A DNA stretch of 64,000 nt from the human T2T-CHM13v2.0 reference genome, Homo sapiens: assembly GCF_009914755.1 (NCBI RefSeq), contig NC_060926.1; one strand, 5' to 3'. Under the pieces are notes generated by a model that worked only from the letters and a program-made list of their open reading frames with translations, had not been told where the DNA came from and did not search any database. A program made the position numbers and the translations under genes. This document shows positions 1-12,900 of the stretch, in pieces. The first letter of the stretch is position 1. Every line of letters begins with the position of its first letter.

Positions 1-83
1 TTGTGGACGAAGCAATTGTAAAGCAGATCAACCAGGAGGAATTCAAAGGTTTCTCCTACTTTGGTGAAGACCTGATGCCCTGA
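1..83 (+). CDS. PRKCE: Protein kinase C epsilon, C-terminal end of last coding exon (partial; CDS begins upstream of the window)
   Basis: Frame from nt 3 reads VDEAIVKQINQEEFKGFSYFGEDLMP then TGA (81-83). It contains the AGC-kinase hydrophobic motif FKGFSYF and matches the recalled PKC-epsilon C-terminus. Too short for the ORF track. Confidence 0.96.
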   Translation, partial: VDEAIVKQINQEEFKGFSYFGEDLMP

Positions 84-3000
84 GAGCCCACTGCAGTTGG
101 ACTTTGCCGATGCTGCAAGAAGGGGTGCAGAGAAGACTCCTGTGTTGGAGACACTCAGCAGGTCTTGAACTACTTCTCCTCCTCGGAGCCCCAGTCCCAT
201 GTCCACTGTCTATTTATTGCATTCCCTTGCCCCAGGCCACCTCCTCCCCCTCCCACCTGGTGACCAGAAGGCGCTCTCGGTTCTTGTCTCACCAGTAATG
301 CAGACTCATTGGGTCAGCAATTAGCTGTATACACTGCCGTGTTTGGACCACTGGCAAGCCTGGTTCCACTCCTCAGGGGCTCCTGGCAGTGAAGCAACTT
401 CAGTTCTTTTACTGCAAAGAACAGAAAAAAGAAAGAAAGCAAACAAGAAGACTCCGGCTCTGCTATCGGACACAGATCCTGATCCCTCTTGCTTCTTTTC
501 CCTCCTGCACCGCAGCTTGCCATCCCTGCCCTTCTGTCCTGGAGAAGAGACTGGTGCTTCTCCGCACACACGAGGGAGGGCGCCCTTGAGGCATGCCCTC
601 TGAGGGAGGGAGACCAGAGATGCAGGGATTGGCCAGCTGGGTTGGTTTGCTCTGGAATGGCTAACTCTTGCCTGCTTTGGTTTTAGCTTTTCAGCATGCC
701 AAAGTCATGTAAGTTTGTGTCTTGTGGAAGAAATCCTCTTTGTGGAAAAAGAAACAGGGTTTTGAACTCTGTTAACATTTGAAAAATATATTTTCAAATT
801 CACTTTCTAATTGGCCAAAAGAGATGAGTTCCAGTCTGAATACAGGTAGATATTAAAGGGCTAATAAAAAATGAGAAACCGGTCGTCCAAGGTGGATGCT
901 GTCAATGCCCGAGTGACACATGAGAGCTGTATGAATTGAGAGAAAAGGCAACAAGTAGCATTCTTCATCATTCAAGTTCTACCTGGACACAAAGGCGAGG
1001 ACCCTGGGGTTCCAACAAAGCTCAGCTCCCAGATTCTCTTTCCAGTTTCATCCTAAGTTCCTAGCATAAACACTATTTATTTTCTGCAGCAGTGTGTTAT
1101 TTTTGCGCACTTATACAAAATGGTAGTACTACTGTGTTGTGGTTTTTAAACATTAAACATGTAAAGTTATATACGAAATATCTGCTTTTGGAATAAGCAG
1201 AATGAGGCTAAACATGGGTTATACAAAGGGTATCTGGAAACTGAAGAGCAACTTGTTAGAAAACTGACAATGTCGCAAGATGTACTCAGTTTTGTTTCTG
1301 TGTGACATGCAATGGCAACTCATGTGGACACTATTGAAGGGATGTGACATTACCTCCTGTAGATATGCTAACAGTGTTATTCTTTCATTTCCAAGGGTTC
1401 TCTGTGGCTTTGTGTATATGTTTCCCAGAGGTCATTTGATTACCTAATTTACTGAACTGATTTAGCAGGGAATGGAATCCATTCCAACTATTGCACGTGG
1501 ATTTCCCAGCTGCCCCTAAATATATATACTTGTGAGTGGCAAAGTGGCACTAATGAAGCTTTTGCCTTTTGTACATTTGAGATTTTTGTATATAGTGTTT
1601 GCTGCAAGGCCTGTGGAATTAATTCGTTGCATATAGAGGTATCAACTGCTGCATGTTCAGGCATATTATAAAACTTTAGTCTATGAAAGAATAATTATAA
1701 TAATGTCCAGGTGCAATACTCTGTAAGTCTATTGGTTCAAGTTACCGAGAGATAGGTGTGTTCCTTTATGGGGGATGGGGGGGTGTGTTGGGGATTCTTT
1801 GTATTGTTTATTTCATTTTGGTTTATTTTAAAAGATGTAAACATATATTAAGCTATATTAAATCTCACATACAGTTCTTCTGTGCTCTATTATACCCTGA
1901 TAGAGATGGGGGAGAGAAAGGAATGTTTTTGATGGTGGTTTCAAAGCTCGGACAGTAACTATCTTGAGCCCATTAGAGAGTCTGTGTCCATATTTGCATC
2001 TGGCTGGTCATAGCCTTTGTTACTAATGATGACATTCAGTTCTCTTTTGTTTTTATTTTTTAAAAACTCAGGTGTAATTATTATCTGTTCTTAAGATAAT
2101 TGCAAATATTAAATATTATGATATATCAATTCATGTGTTTGGCATACCAGTGAATGATGAAGAACATGAGATTAATTTAATTTATCTTCGGTAACTTGAC
2201 ATTCTGGAGAGAGACTATCTTCTGGAGTTGAGTACAAGCACAGAAACATCTTTACGGTGGCATCATCTCATTTTTTAGGAAGACATGATAATACTGCCCA
2301 TCATATTCATGTGTAACTACTGTTCTTTCTTCTGCTTTCTTCACCATAATAAACTTTGGACAACCAAGCAAGCTCTAACCGCAATGCCAGATGGCCTTGT
2401 CCGAGGGCCTAGTGTTTGCACGGCAGTGGGAACTGGGCCTTTCCTACAGGACAACTGGCAAGTTTGCTGGGAAGTCAAATAATACATTCCACCTGGCAGC
2501 TGAAGGCAGCCAGTCAGTCTGTCCCAGAAAGGGCCCTTTTCAGCACCCAAAGCTGGGCTGGCTGGGATGCCTCTGGCTGGTGAAGTTCTCACATAGGCTG
2601 ATTTAAATCCAGCAAAGGTCTATAGAAAAAGGCTTGCGTGTTCGTTGAGTAATCATTGTTTCATTTTCATTTTTACGAGAGTTTGAAAATAGACACACTG
2701 TTAACACTTCTGCCAGTTTTTTCTGATCTTTCCAGCCCCACCCCCTTTCTCTTTCTCTCTCTCTCTCAAAGAAAAAAAAAATGGGAGTGCAAAAAAAACA
2801 AAGCCAAAAAATATATGAAGGATAGCTGTTCTTCTGTGTTCTCTCATTATGGACTTTGTGAAGTAGAAACATAATTTTTTTTCCTCCAAAGGTGAAAAAA
2901 CAATGCATTCTTGCTTTAAAAAAAAAAAAGAAGGCTAAAAAATTACCTCTTTTTAAATTATGTGCAAAATAATTCTGGCTAACTGTAAAATGTATTCAAT

Positions 3001-3192
3001 TTTAGGATTTTTTTTTTTTTGTATTGTGATGCTTTATTTGTACATTTTTTTCCTTTCTGGATGTAATTTTAATCTCTTGCCATTCATTAGTGTTATTTCA
3101 TTGTAAACGTTATTGTGCCAAATGTACTGTATTCAAAAGGATGTGAATGTGTATTGTTTCAGAACCTAATAAATACAATGACGTTAAGTCTT
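84..3192 (+). other. PRKCE: PRKCE 3' UTR
   Basis: Follows the stop codon. About 3.1 kb, free of recognisable interspersed repeats, increasingly AU-rich, ending at AATAAA 3168-3173 with upstream UGUA and U-rich elements. The 3' end is estimated. Confidence 0.85.
3168..3173 (+). terminator. Distal polyadenylation signal of PRKCE (AATAAA)
   Basis: Canonical hexamer with several TGTA motifs upstream (e.g. 3123, 3150) and U-rich sequence downstream (TTATTTTC, ATTTTTC). Confidence 0.8.
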
Positions 3193-3942
3193 ATTTTCAG
3201 TGCCAATAAGAATTTTTCATCTCCGTTGTGAGTGGCAAAGTGGCACTAATGAAGCTTTTTGCCATTTATATGTTAGAGATTCAAAAATTCCCAAACCTAA
3301 ACGTGGTTTCAGCTTTCCTTTCTCCTTGGAAGATGCACAAAAGCTGCAAATGACCATATTTGCACATTCCCCCTGCCTCTGTGCTTCTGGGCTGTCAGAA
3401 GGAATAAGGGGGACCCGTGCCAACTGGACATGGCTCTCAGCTGCCTTGGCCTGTCTGCCTTGAGGTGCTGGGTGATAGGAAAGAAAGCAGGCGGCACCTG
3501 CATTTTTGTCTTTCCAGAGAAGCAAATGCTGGACCACCTTGCAAACAATGCCCACTTGAGCCTCCTCATGACTCAGTTTTGAGCCTGATGCTTGGAACTA
3601 TAGGCCTTAGGGTTCCAGGGACTCCTCCTAGGGTGAGAGTTCCTTGCAGGCTGGCCTGGAGCACAGACTGGCCAGCGGGGCTCCATGCTTAGCTCTTGCC
3701 CGCCTCCCCCATGCAGCCCATGTCTGTGCCCATCCTGCCGACTCCCGGGCTCTCCAGGTTCCTCCTTCACTCTGGGACTCCTTTTCTGCCATTCCAAGCA
3801 TGTTGCCCTGGTACTGCAAGACTCCTCCTCTTTCTCCAGCACAAACTTTTCAAGAATGTTTGAAACTCAAAAGCACCCTCTTGAGTACACCAGAAATTTC
3901 CATTGGCCAAAACTTCCTGTTCCTTAAAAGTTACAGAAATGG

Positions 3943-4303
<361 letters not shown>

Positions 4304-4791
4304 TCACCCTCTCGACTTCCTCATAAGCCCTCCAGTGACTGGCGTATCTGCCTGCAAGGCCTCTTCTCTCACAGTTTTTCCTCTCTCAGCAACATCTCCT
4401 GCCCACCTGGAGATCGAAGCATGAATTTCCAGACCCACCCCAAGAAGGATGTGTTTAGCACATAGTTTTCTCTCTGATTCAAGAGTTGTTTCTAGGTAAG
4501 TGACCACCCAAGGAGAAGCAACCGTCCTACCAGCTTGTCTGTCTTATCACGAACTTAAAATTAGGAGAATCATCAAACTCATAGAGGCAGAGAGTATAAT
4601 GGCGGTTGCCAGGGTCTGGGGTGGGGGTGGAAATGGGGAGATGTTGGTCAAACTACAAAGTTTCAATTAGGACAAATACATTCCGAAGCTCGATTGTAGA
4701 ACATGGTGACTATGGTTAATAATAATGTATAATTGAAAGTTGCCAAGAGAGAAGATATTATGCGTTCTCACCACAAAAAAGAATGGGCCAG

Positions 4792-5100
4792 GGCCAGGCA
4801 CAGTGGCTCACACCTGTAATTCCAGCACTTTGGGAGGCCAAGGTGAGAGGATCACTTGAGCCCAGGAATTCAAGACCAGCCTGGTCAATAAAGTGAGACC
4901 TCATCTCTACCAAAAAAAAAAGAAAAGAAAAAGAAAAAAAAAATAGCCAGGCATGGTGGTGCACGCCTGTGGTCCAGCTACACAGGAGGCCATGGCAGGA
5001 GGATTGCTTAAGCCCAGAAGGTCGAGGCTGTAGTGAGCCATAATTGTGCCACTGCACTCCAGCCTGGGCAACAGAACAAGATCCTGTCTCAAAATAATAG
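4792..5100 (+). mobile_element. AluJ-like SINE
   Basis: GAGGATCACTTGAGCCCAGGAATTCAAG left-arm signature; flanking AAAGAATG at 4778 / 5120. Confidence 0.85.
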
Positions 5101-5143
5101 TAATGAGGAGGAGGAGGAGAAAGAATGTGAAGTGATGGATATG

Positions 5144-5334
5144 TTAGGTTGGTGCAAAATTAATTGTGGTTTTTGAGATTTTTAAAAGTAATACTAACAC
5201 TTTTACCTATGTAACAAACTTGCACATCCTGTACATGTACCCTGGAACTTAAAATAAAAATTAAATACTATATACTATTTTAACAAATTTTAAAAAGTAG
5301 TGGCAAAACTACAATTACTTTTGCACCAATCTAA
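5144..5334. mobile_element. MADE1 mariner MITE split by a short L1P 3' tail (~5201-5265)
   Basis: Terminal inverted repeats TTAGGTTGGTGCAAAATTAATTGTGGTTTTTG ... CAAAACTACAATTACTTTTGCACCAATCTAA; internal TTTACCTATGTAACAAACTTGCACATCCTGTACATGTACCC is an L1 3' terminus. Confidence 0.8.
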
Positions 5335-6399
5335 TATCAATTAGCTTGATTTAATCATTTCACAATGTATACCTATATCAAAACATCACATATACCACAA
5401 ATATACACAATTTTTACTTGTCAGTTATAACTTAATAAAGCTGAAAAACATTCACAGAAACAAAAGGAGCTGTTGTAGGAAGGTCAGGAGGCATCTGCAA
5501 GCACTTGACTGAATGAAATGTGACCAGCCTGCCCTTCCCTTTACCTAGCGCTCTGGAAGAGAACAGCTCCAAAGTCCTGGAGACAAGGGACTGGTCCTCT
5601 CAAATCTCTATGCTCCACAAAGCACTAAGAAAGGTCAATTGCTGTCCGTATATCTGGTTTGGAGCCTCTTTTCCCACCCCCAACCACATTCTAGATGAGA
5701 AAGCCAGGCGCTGACCCACCTGTTCCAGGGGAGCGCTGGGCAGGGTCCCTAGCAAGGTTCAGGTGGCTGCAGAGCTCCTTGAGGAGAGTATGTGTGGCTG
5801 TGCCCTGAACTAAGAAAAAGCCAGACTAATAGATTTCTTGCCAAGGAAATCTATGGGGATATTGTCCCTTGTCTACTACCTTGTGCCTAAGTGCAGACCA
5901 TCACTCGGGCTACCAGAAGCCTGAAGATCCCCATGCAAGGCAATCTCAGAAGCATGAGGCATGTGTTGTCCTAGTGTTTGCAGTGGCAGAGAGGGGTGGA
6001 AATAAGGCTTGAAAGCCACCTTATGAAGTCTGTTTTCTACTTTAAAGTACTTTAGCCCAGACAGTGACATTACATATGTGGTGTGTTCGTTTTAAGCTAT
6101 ACTTGAAGGATGATCTTTCACGTATAATCAGAAATACATTTTTCAGGGGTGAACAGCAGGCTGAATAAATAGTATTTATTCAGAAAGCTACTGCAAGTGC
6201 TTCAGCCTTCTTTTACCTCCCAAAGCACCTGGGAGTTTTGTCATCAACATAAGGGATGCTAGAAAACTATTTTCTCAAGGAAAATGGTGGCTTCTTAATT
6301 AGCATAAAGAATGTTAGAAAGGTGACATTAGTGGTGTCTGAGATAAGTAGACTGGAAAAGATATCTCAAGATCAATCTCCACATTTCAAAACACAGGGT

Positions 6400-7025
6400 A
6401 TACAAACCTAGAGGACTTCAACTTTTCTAGTAATTGGAAAAATGCACATTTAAATCGAACTGTGATACCACTTTACCTCCACCCAAATGACTAACTGAAA
6501 AAGGCAGACATAAGATGTGGAACAATTGGAACGTTCAGTGTTTCTAGTCTGAGTAGAAAATGGTACAAGTACTTTGAAAAACATCGTCAATATCTGTGAA
6601 AGCCAAATTGTATACCTTTGACCCAGGAGAAAAATCTATCCACTATGGAAAGGAAAAATGAATTGTGAGATATTCCCACAATGGAACACTATGTAACCAT
6701 AAGAATGAGTGATTTAGAGCTACACACAACAACACAGAGGACTCTCTTAACATAATGTTGAGGAAAAGAAGCCAAGCCGAAGAGTACACACTGTGATTCT
6801 ATGGATATGAAACACAATCTATGCTCTTGGAAATCAGGCTAGTGGTTAGCCTTATGGGGAGGCGAGGTCGTGACTAGGAGGGGGCACAAAAGGGCTTCTG
6901 GGGGGTACTAGTTTTGTTTTCAGAATGAAGAGCCGGCAAACAGATGGGTTCACATTGTGACGGTACATTGAGCTGTATCCTTAAGATCTATGCACTTCTC
7001 TGTAGGTGTGTTATACTTAAATTAA
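6400..7025 (+). mobile_element. Degenerate L1ME/MD-type 3' end
   Basis: Ancient L1 3' UTR motifs (CATAATGTTGAGGAAAAGAAGCCA, GAGTACACACTGTG, ATTGAGCTGTATCCTTAAGATCTATGCACTT). Confidence 0.6.
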
Positions 7026-7035
7026 AAGAACCCCA

Positions 7036-7320
7036 ACCAAACACCGCATATTCTCACTCATAGGTGGGAATTGAACAATGAGAACACATGGACACAGGAA
7101 GGGGAACATCACACTCTGGGGACTGTTGTGGGGTGGGGAGAGGGGGGAGGGATAGCATTAGGAGATATACCTAATGCTACATGACGAGTTAATGGGTGCA
7201 GCACACCAGCATGGCACATGTATACATATGTAACTAACCTGCACATTGTGCACATGTACCCTAAAACTTAAAGTATAATAATAATAAAATAAAAAATAAA
7301 AATAAAAATAAAAAATAAAA
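7036..7320 (+). mobile_element. 5'-truncated young L1 (L1PA3-like) 3' end
   Basis: Near-consensus L1PA 3' UTR with G-rich tract and (TAAAAA)n tail; perfect 12-bp TSD AAAAGAACCCCA at 7024-7035 / 7318-7329. Confidence 0.9.
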
Positions 7321-7330
7321 AGAACCCCAT

Positions 7331-7930
<600 letters not shown>

Positions 7931-9399
7931 AATACCCCAAATCTGGAAAGACCTTTGCCTATTGCCCTTGGAGACAGCAACCTAGGCTGAACCCCTAAAT
8001 GGCCTGTGTTTCCTGCTGCCTTGCAGGTGTCCTGGTTGTCTTAACTCCCACAGACAGCCTGATGCTATGGGGGAACAGGGTCACATTTGCCACAGGAAAT
8101 CTTTCCTGGGAGGCACTATCAAAAACACCCAAAAGGACAGGGACCTGGGACTTGATGGAGCTTTCAGAGTATCCACAAGCCTCTCTGCCTACTTGCTAGT
8201 AAATTGTCTGTATTGGTCTCGGAGGGTGGGCTGAGAACTTGTTATGGAGTAACTACATCTCCCCTTCCTGCAGATGTAGGAATCTACCAAAAAGAATGCA
8301 AGGATGTGCACCGAAAATTGGCTTAGGGAGCTCGCTCACCTTTGGTAGGTAACTGTACCTTTCTAAACCTGTATCTATATTTATAAAATGGTGGTAATGA
8401 GACCTACAGCCTCAAGACCTGTTGTGAAACACCAGTGAGATCAAAAGTTCCAAGGCACAGTTTCTGGTTCTATTGCCATCATTTCTCCTCCCTGAGGCAC
8501 TCACACCCCCACTTCTTGATCAGAGTGCAGGCTCCACCATGGGAAAGACTGGCTTGGTGTAACGAGGGCAGCCTTTCTTTTCTGTTTTCTCTCGTCTTTC
8601 AGATGTCCTGCTCCTCAGCATTCCTGGGGGCTCCTGACACAACCCACCCCCCCCAATGAGGGATCCTCACTGCAGACAGAAAGGAGCATAAGTCTCCAAG
8701 GCAAGGTTCTGGCCCTCAGGGAACTGACAACCAGCATGAAACAAAACAGGCCCCATACAGGAGAGCAGCAGAAGGCAGGCAAGAGAGACAAGAAAGCCCT
8801 GCAGACGATACCAGGGAAATCCAGAGAAGGGGGTAGGTTTGCCTTATCGAGGCAGGTTTCCTGGATGAGGCAGTGCTGAGAGGGCACTGAACGGGGAGGA
8901 AGATGTGGGCAGACAAAGAGCAGGGAAGGGCCTTGCAGGGAAGGGCCACTCAGCTTTGCATGGCATGGAAGGGCTGGGAGCTTGGGGGGCTTGGGTTCCA
9001 GGACAGTCCTGAAGCAGTCTTCTTCATTTCTCAACATGAGTGTCAAGTCATGGGAATTGTTTATAAAGTGGTTTGATGGTTTTTGTAGGGGGCACAATCT
9101 TTGAGAGCTCAACCCACCCCTTCAATAAAGACACCCTTGTCTCTGTGTATGATGGCAGAGTTCATGTTTTACTGCTTACTTTCCCCAGTTGGATCAGGTC
9201 AGTGCTGCCGGAGGGTTGAGATCAGACCAAGCTCAGCTTTGGAACCCCCGTGCAAGGTGAACAATTATACGTGCCACTGCCTCTCAGGCCTTATGTACAT
9301 TGGAGCAGGAGGCCACCCATTGGCTGCTTTGGGAGGCTCTGAAAAGGCTGACTTCCAGGAAACCAAATGCAGAATCCACCATTCATGCTTCCTTCTTTA

Positions 9400-9920
9400 G
9401 GTTATTAATAACTTAAATAATCTTCTTTGTTTCAGACATTATACTAAGTATGTCACATAAATTAGCTTATTTAAACCTCACCAAAATCACATGAAGTAGA
9501 TACTCTAATTATCCCCCATTTTATAGTTGAGGAAATTGCGTCTCAGAAATTATATCGCTTATTTAATCCTTACAACTTCATAAAGCTGTTGTTATTTGTA
9601 TGTCAGTTCTACAGTTAAGGAAACTGAACATTGCTCAGTTCACAGACCTAGTGACAGGCCAGATCTGGCTGAACCCCAGAGACCATACAAAAAGTACTTG
9701 CACACAGGATAGATGATACACAGAACTAACTATTCATGCACTCATTCATTCATTCACTTATTCCACAAATTTTCGTGGAGTTCCCACTAAATTTAAGCCA
9801 TCTATCTAGACATCAGTGAACAAAGACGAAAATCCTTGCCCTTACACAAGGCAAGGATGTTGGCAGATAATAAGAAACTGTAAACACGACCACTAAGTAA
9901 ATTACATAATGTGTTAGAAG
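9400..9920. mobile_element. MIR and L2 fragments
   Basis: MIR core-like CCCCATTTTATAGTTGAGGAAATTG; L2 3' end in minus orientation (TCATTCATTCATTC...). Confidence 0.6.
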
Positions 9921-12900
9921 GTCCAGGCTGCCCCTGACATTTAAGGAGTAGTATAAATGGACCAAAAGGCTAAATATTTTTAAAGTTATAAAGCAGGGTA
10001 TTGTTAAGTAAAATACATCCTAGCTTTGTCCCTTGACAAATACATTTTCTTAACAACCTGAAAGGCCAGGTTTGAATTTGGAATAGGGCTCCTTGGAGTC
10101 CTGGCTCCCAGGAACACGGCTGCCTGGGGAAAGCTGGCCCTGCTTGTGGGCTGCTCCTTCTCTTCCCACTCCAAGCTGTGTCTCACACCAGTAGGACACC
10201 CCAGTCATCATGTCCAGATTCCATCCACACTCCTTGGCCAAGGGTGCACGTGCTGGGGGTTGGGTCACCCTGGGAGGATGGGCCCAAGGACAAAGTCTGT
10301 GCAGACTCTGACAGCAAACTCTGGACCATGAGTTTGCTCATGGCAGGGAATTCTACATCCTAGGTACCCAGAGGTAGTCTAGCAGCAGGGCTGCTGCCTG
10401 CAGCTGCTGGCTCCTTGGCCCTTGGAAAGGGGGAGCAGCTAGGGAAGGGATCCCTCTAAATTGCAGGGCCTGGGCAGAGCCCCTCCTGCCTGGATCTAGG
10501 ACTGTCCTGAGAAGGTGGCATATGCTATGGAGAAAAGAAAGAAAACGCCGAAGAGATCACAACGTGGGATGAAGTCGTTGTGATTTTCCCTAGGGCTGAA
10601 CTATATTTATATGTAATTAAAAGAATGAATGAATGAATAAACCAATGTACAGTCATTCAGGGCTCCCAGAAGCATCCCAGAGAGAAGACTGTTAGGATGA
10701 GGGGTGGGAACCGGCCTGCTGAGATTCACTCAGCCTTCCTCTTCCTGCTGGGACCAAATCAAATAAATAGACCCTCCCAAGGACCCTTCTTTGGCATTTG
10801 ATCCCATCTGGGTGGTGGTTTTTCCTGGAGCAGAACAATGTTGTGATCATAGAATTATCGGCCACCCTCAGCTCTGAGTTCCCAGGGCTCCAGCAGAGCA
10901 TGGTTTTCTGAGAGCACTTCCCCCAGGAATACATTCACCCAGGGACAGCAGGCCTGGCTCTGCCTTCACCCCAGATCTTTACGTGTGCATGCATAGAGAC
11001 ATTTTCACATTATTTCCGGATTTCCTAAATCTACCTCACTCCTACTTTATTGTCCTGAGAAAGGCAGGAAGGCGAGGAGGAGAGAACAAGGAGAGACTCA
11101 GGTAGGAGGAGAAAGTCTACACGGGCAGAGTCCGAGGCAGGCTCAGCTGTGTCCAGCTGTTCCCTGCTCAGATGAGAGCGGGCCTCAGGCGGCCTCTGTT
11201 CTGGGCGGTTGTCAAGTCACTCGGTGCCTCCAGCAATTCAGCTGCTCCAAAGAGGCACCACTCCAAAGGGAAAGGTGAGGGCCCATCTTAATGGACGCTG
11301 TCCACCCAGAGGCAAGGGTGGTGACACAAAAGACAGCAGGCCAAGGGCCAGATGGAATCTGAGCAAGGCTGGGCTGGCGGGCCCTCCCCGCCCTCCCCTC
11401 CAGCCTTCCCGTCTAGGCCAGCTCCTCCGCACCTGGACCCACCATGGGGATGGGAGCTGTGGGCCTCATCTGGCCAACACCTTCTTAAAAATTGTGGTCC
11501 GTGTTAATGACCTTCGTAAATGGCCTTACTTTCTACCCACTCTCTCCCACCTGTGCAGGGGGCTATTAATCTGCACTCTATGTTGATGCTGGGGGTTGGG
11601 GGTCCTAGGTGATCCCTGGCCGGGGCAGAGGAACTGACAGAGTCTAGCATGGTGGGGATAATGGGGACCAAAGTCAAGGCATGTGGGGCCAATCAGGAAA
11701 TTCCATCCTCCCCCGATCCTCTTTGCACTCACCACCCAAAGAGGCAATACAGGAGAGCCAGAGCTGGGCAAGTGAGGGGCTGGGGACCAGCATGTGCCTG
11801 TAGGGTCGTAGAGAAGGCAGGAGAAAGGGCTTGGGGAGGGGCAGCAGCACCAGCCCAGGGCCTTCACTTTGGCGGAAGTGGAGCTGATTGCCTTGTTTGG
11901 GGAACAGATGTGCCTCTGGACCCTTCTCCCCCTGCACTCAGTTGGAAGGAAGGAGACTGGCTTCCACTGGTGCCTGGGAGGGGCTTATTTGGACCCCATT
12001 CTAGAAATGAAGGCTCTGAGGTTCAGAGAGGCCAGGAATTTGTCCAAGCCACATACCCAGCCTCAGGGACAGATGAGCAGTCAAGCCTGTGATTTGAATC
12101 TGGGTCTGGGTGGCGCCAAAGACCCGGCTCTTTCAACATGCTTCTGGTCACCATGCCAACATAGGTCCTGCATACTTTTTGCTTTTCCTCTCCAGAGAAC
12201 TTTCACCTCCATGTGAAATACACACAATTGTTTGAGGTATGATTATGCTGGTGTTGCTCCCTCTAAGGGCTCTGGATGTGAACACAAAGGCACAGCCAGG
12301 AAACAGGCTGAGGTGTCCAGGGGTTCTTGCTCTCCTTTCCCACTCGTCTCTGTGGGCCACCTCCTACCAGAGCCCTGAGAGCTTGTCCTCAAGTCCAACA
12401 AAGCCTCTGCCCCCAGACACCCTGCCCCCCATCAAAAAAAGAAACCATCCTTATGGACTGTTCTAAGCCGGAAGCTGAGTTTTCAGTTCACTGGAAAACA
12501 GGAAATGCCTCCAAGGGCCTGAAGTCTTTTTAGTGGCTGTGCCCTTCATGCAAGGGCTGTCTCCCAGGCCAGCTGCTGAGGACAGCCCTAGAACCAGGGC
12601 TATGACAACTCCAGCCCGGAGAGCCAGTTCCTTGGTGCCACACCTGAGCCCCCTCTACCCCTGGAGAAGGAGCTGACCCCTCCATCCTCTGCTCAGGACA
12701 GTGGACCTTTTGTACTAAGGCAAGAAGGCTTGGGATGTCAGGGATGCTGCGCGACGCACCAGAGAGGTTGATTAGCATTGCAAGAAACAAACAGTGGCCA
12801 TGGACTGACACCACCCCAACCTAAGGCTGGCCTCTTACTCCAGCCAGATTGACTTCTAAACCCCATCAGAGATAGGCTGAGCCTCAACAATGACTGACTT

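Larger units (their letters stand above)
4560..5450 (+). mobile_element. Old L1MA-type 3' end, interrupted by AluJ and MADE1
   Basis: L1MA 3' UTR motifs (CAAACTCATAGAGGCAGAGAGT, GTTCTCACCACAAAAAA, TTAGCTTGATTTAATCATTTCACAATGTATAC, AATAAAGCTGAAAAA) are collinear across the insertions. Confidence 0.75.

Noticed and set aside
104-686. ORFs immediately after the PRKCE stop codon
   Set aside because: They lie in the 3' UTR, have no homology I recognise, and nothing supports readthrough or reinitiation.
8615-9112. Longest non-L1 ORF (165 aa) and similar 100-150 aa ORFs at 11209, 11649, 45100, 47797 and 52678
   Set aside because: Mostly non-ATG starts, no recognisable domains, and overlapping ORFs on both strands, as expected by chance in GC-richer non-coding DNA.
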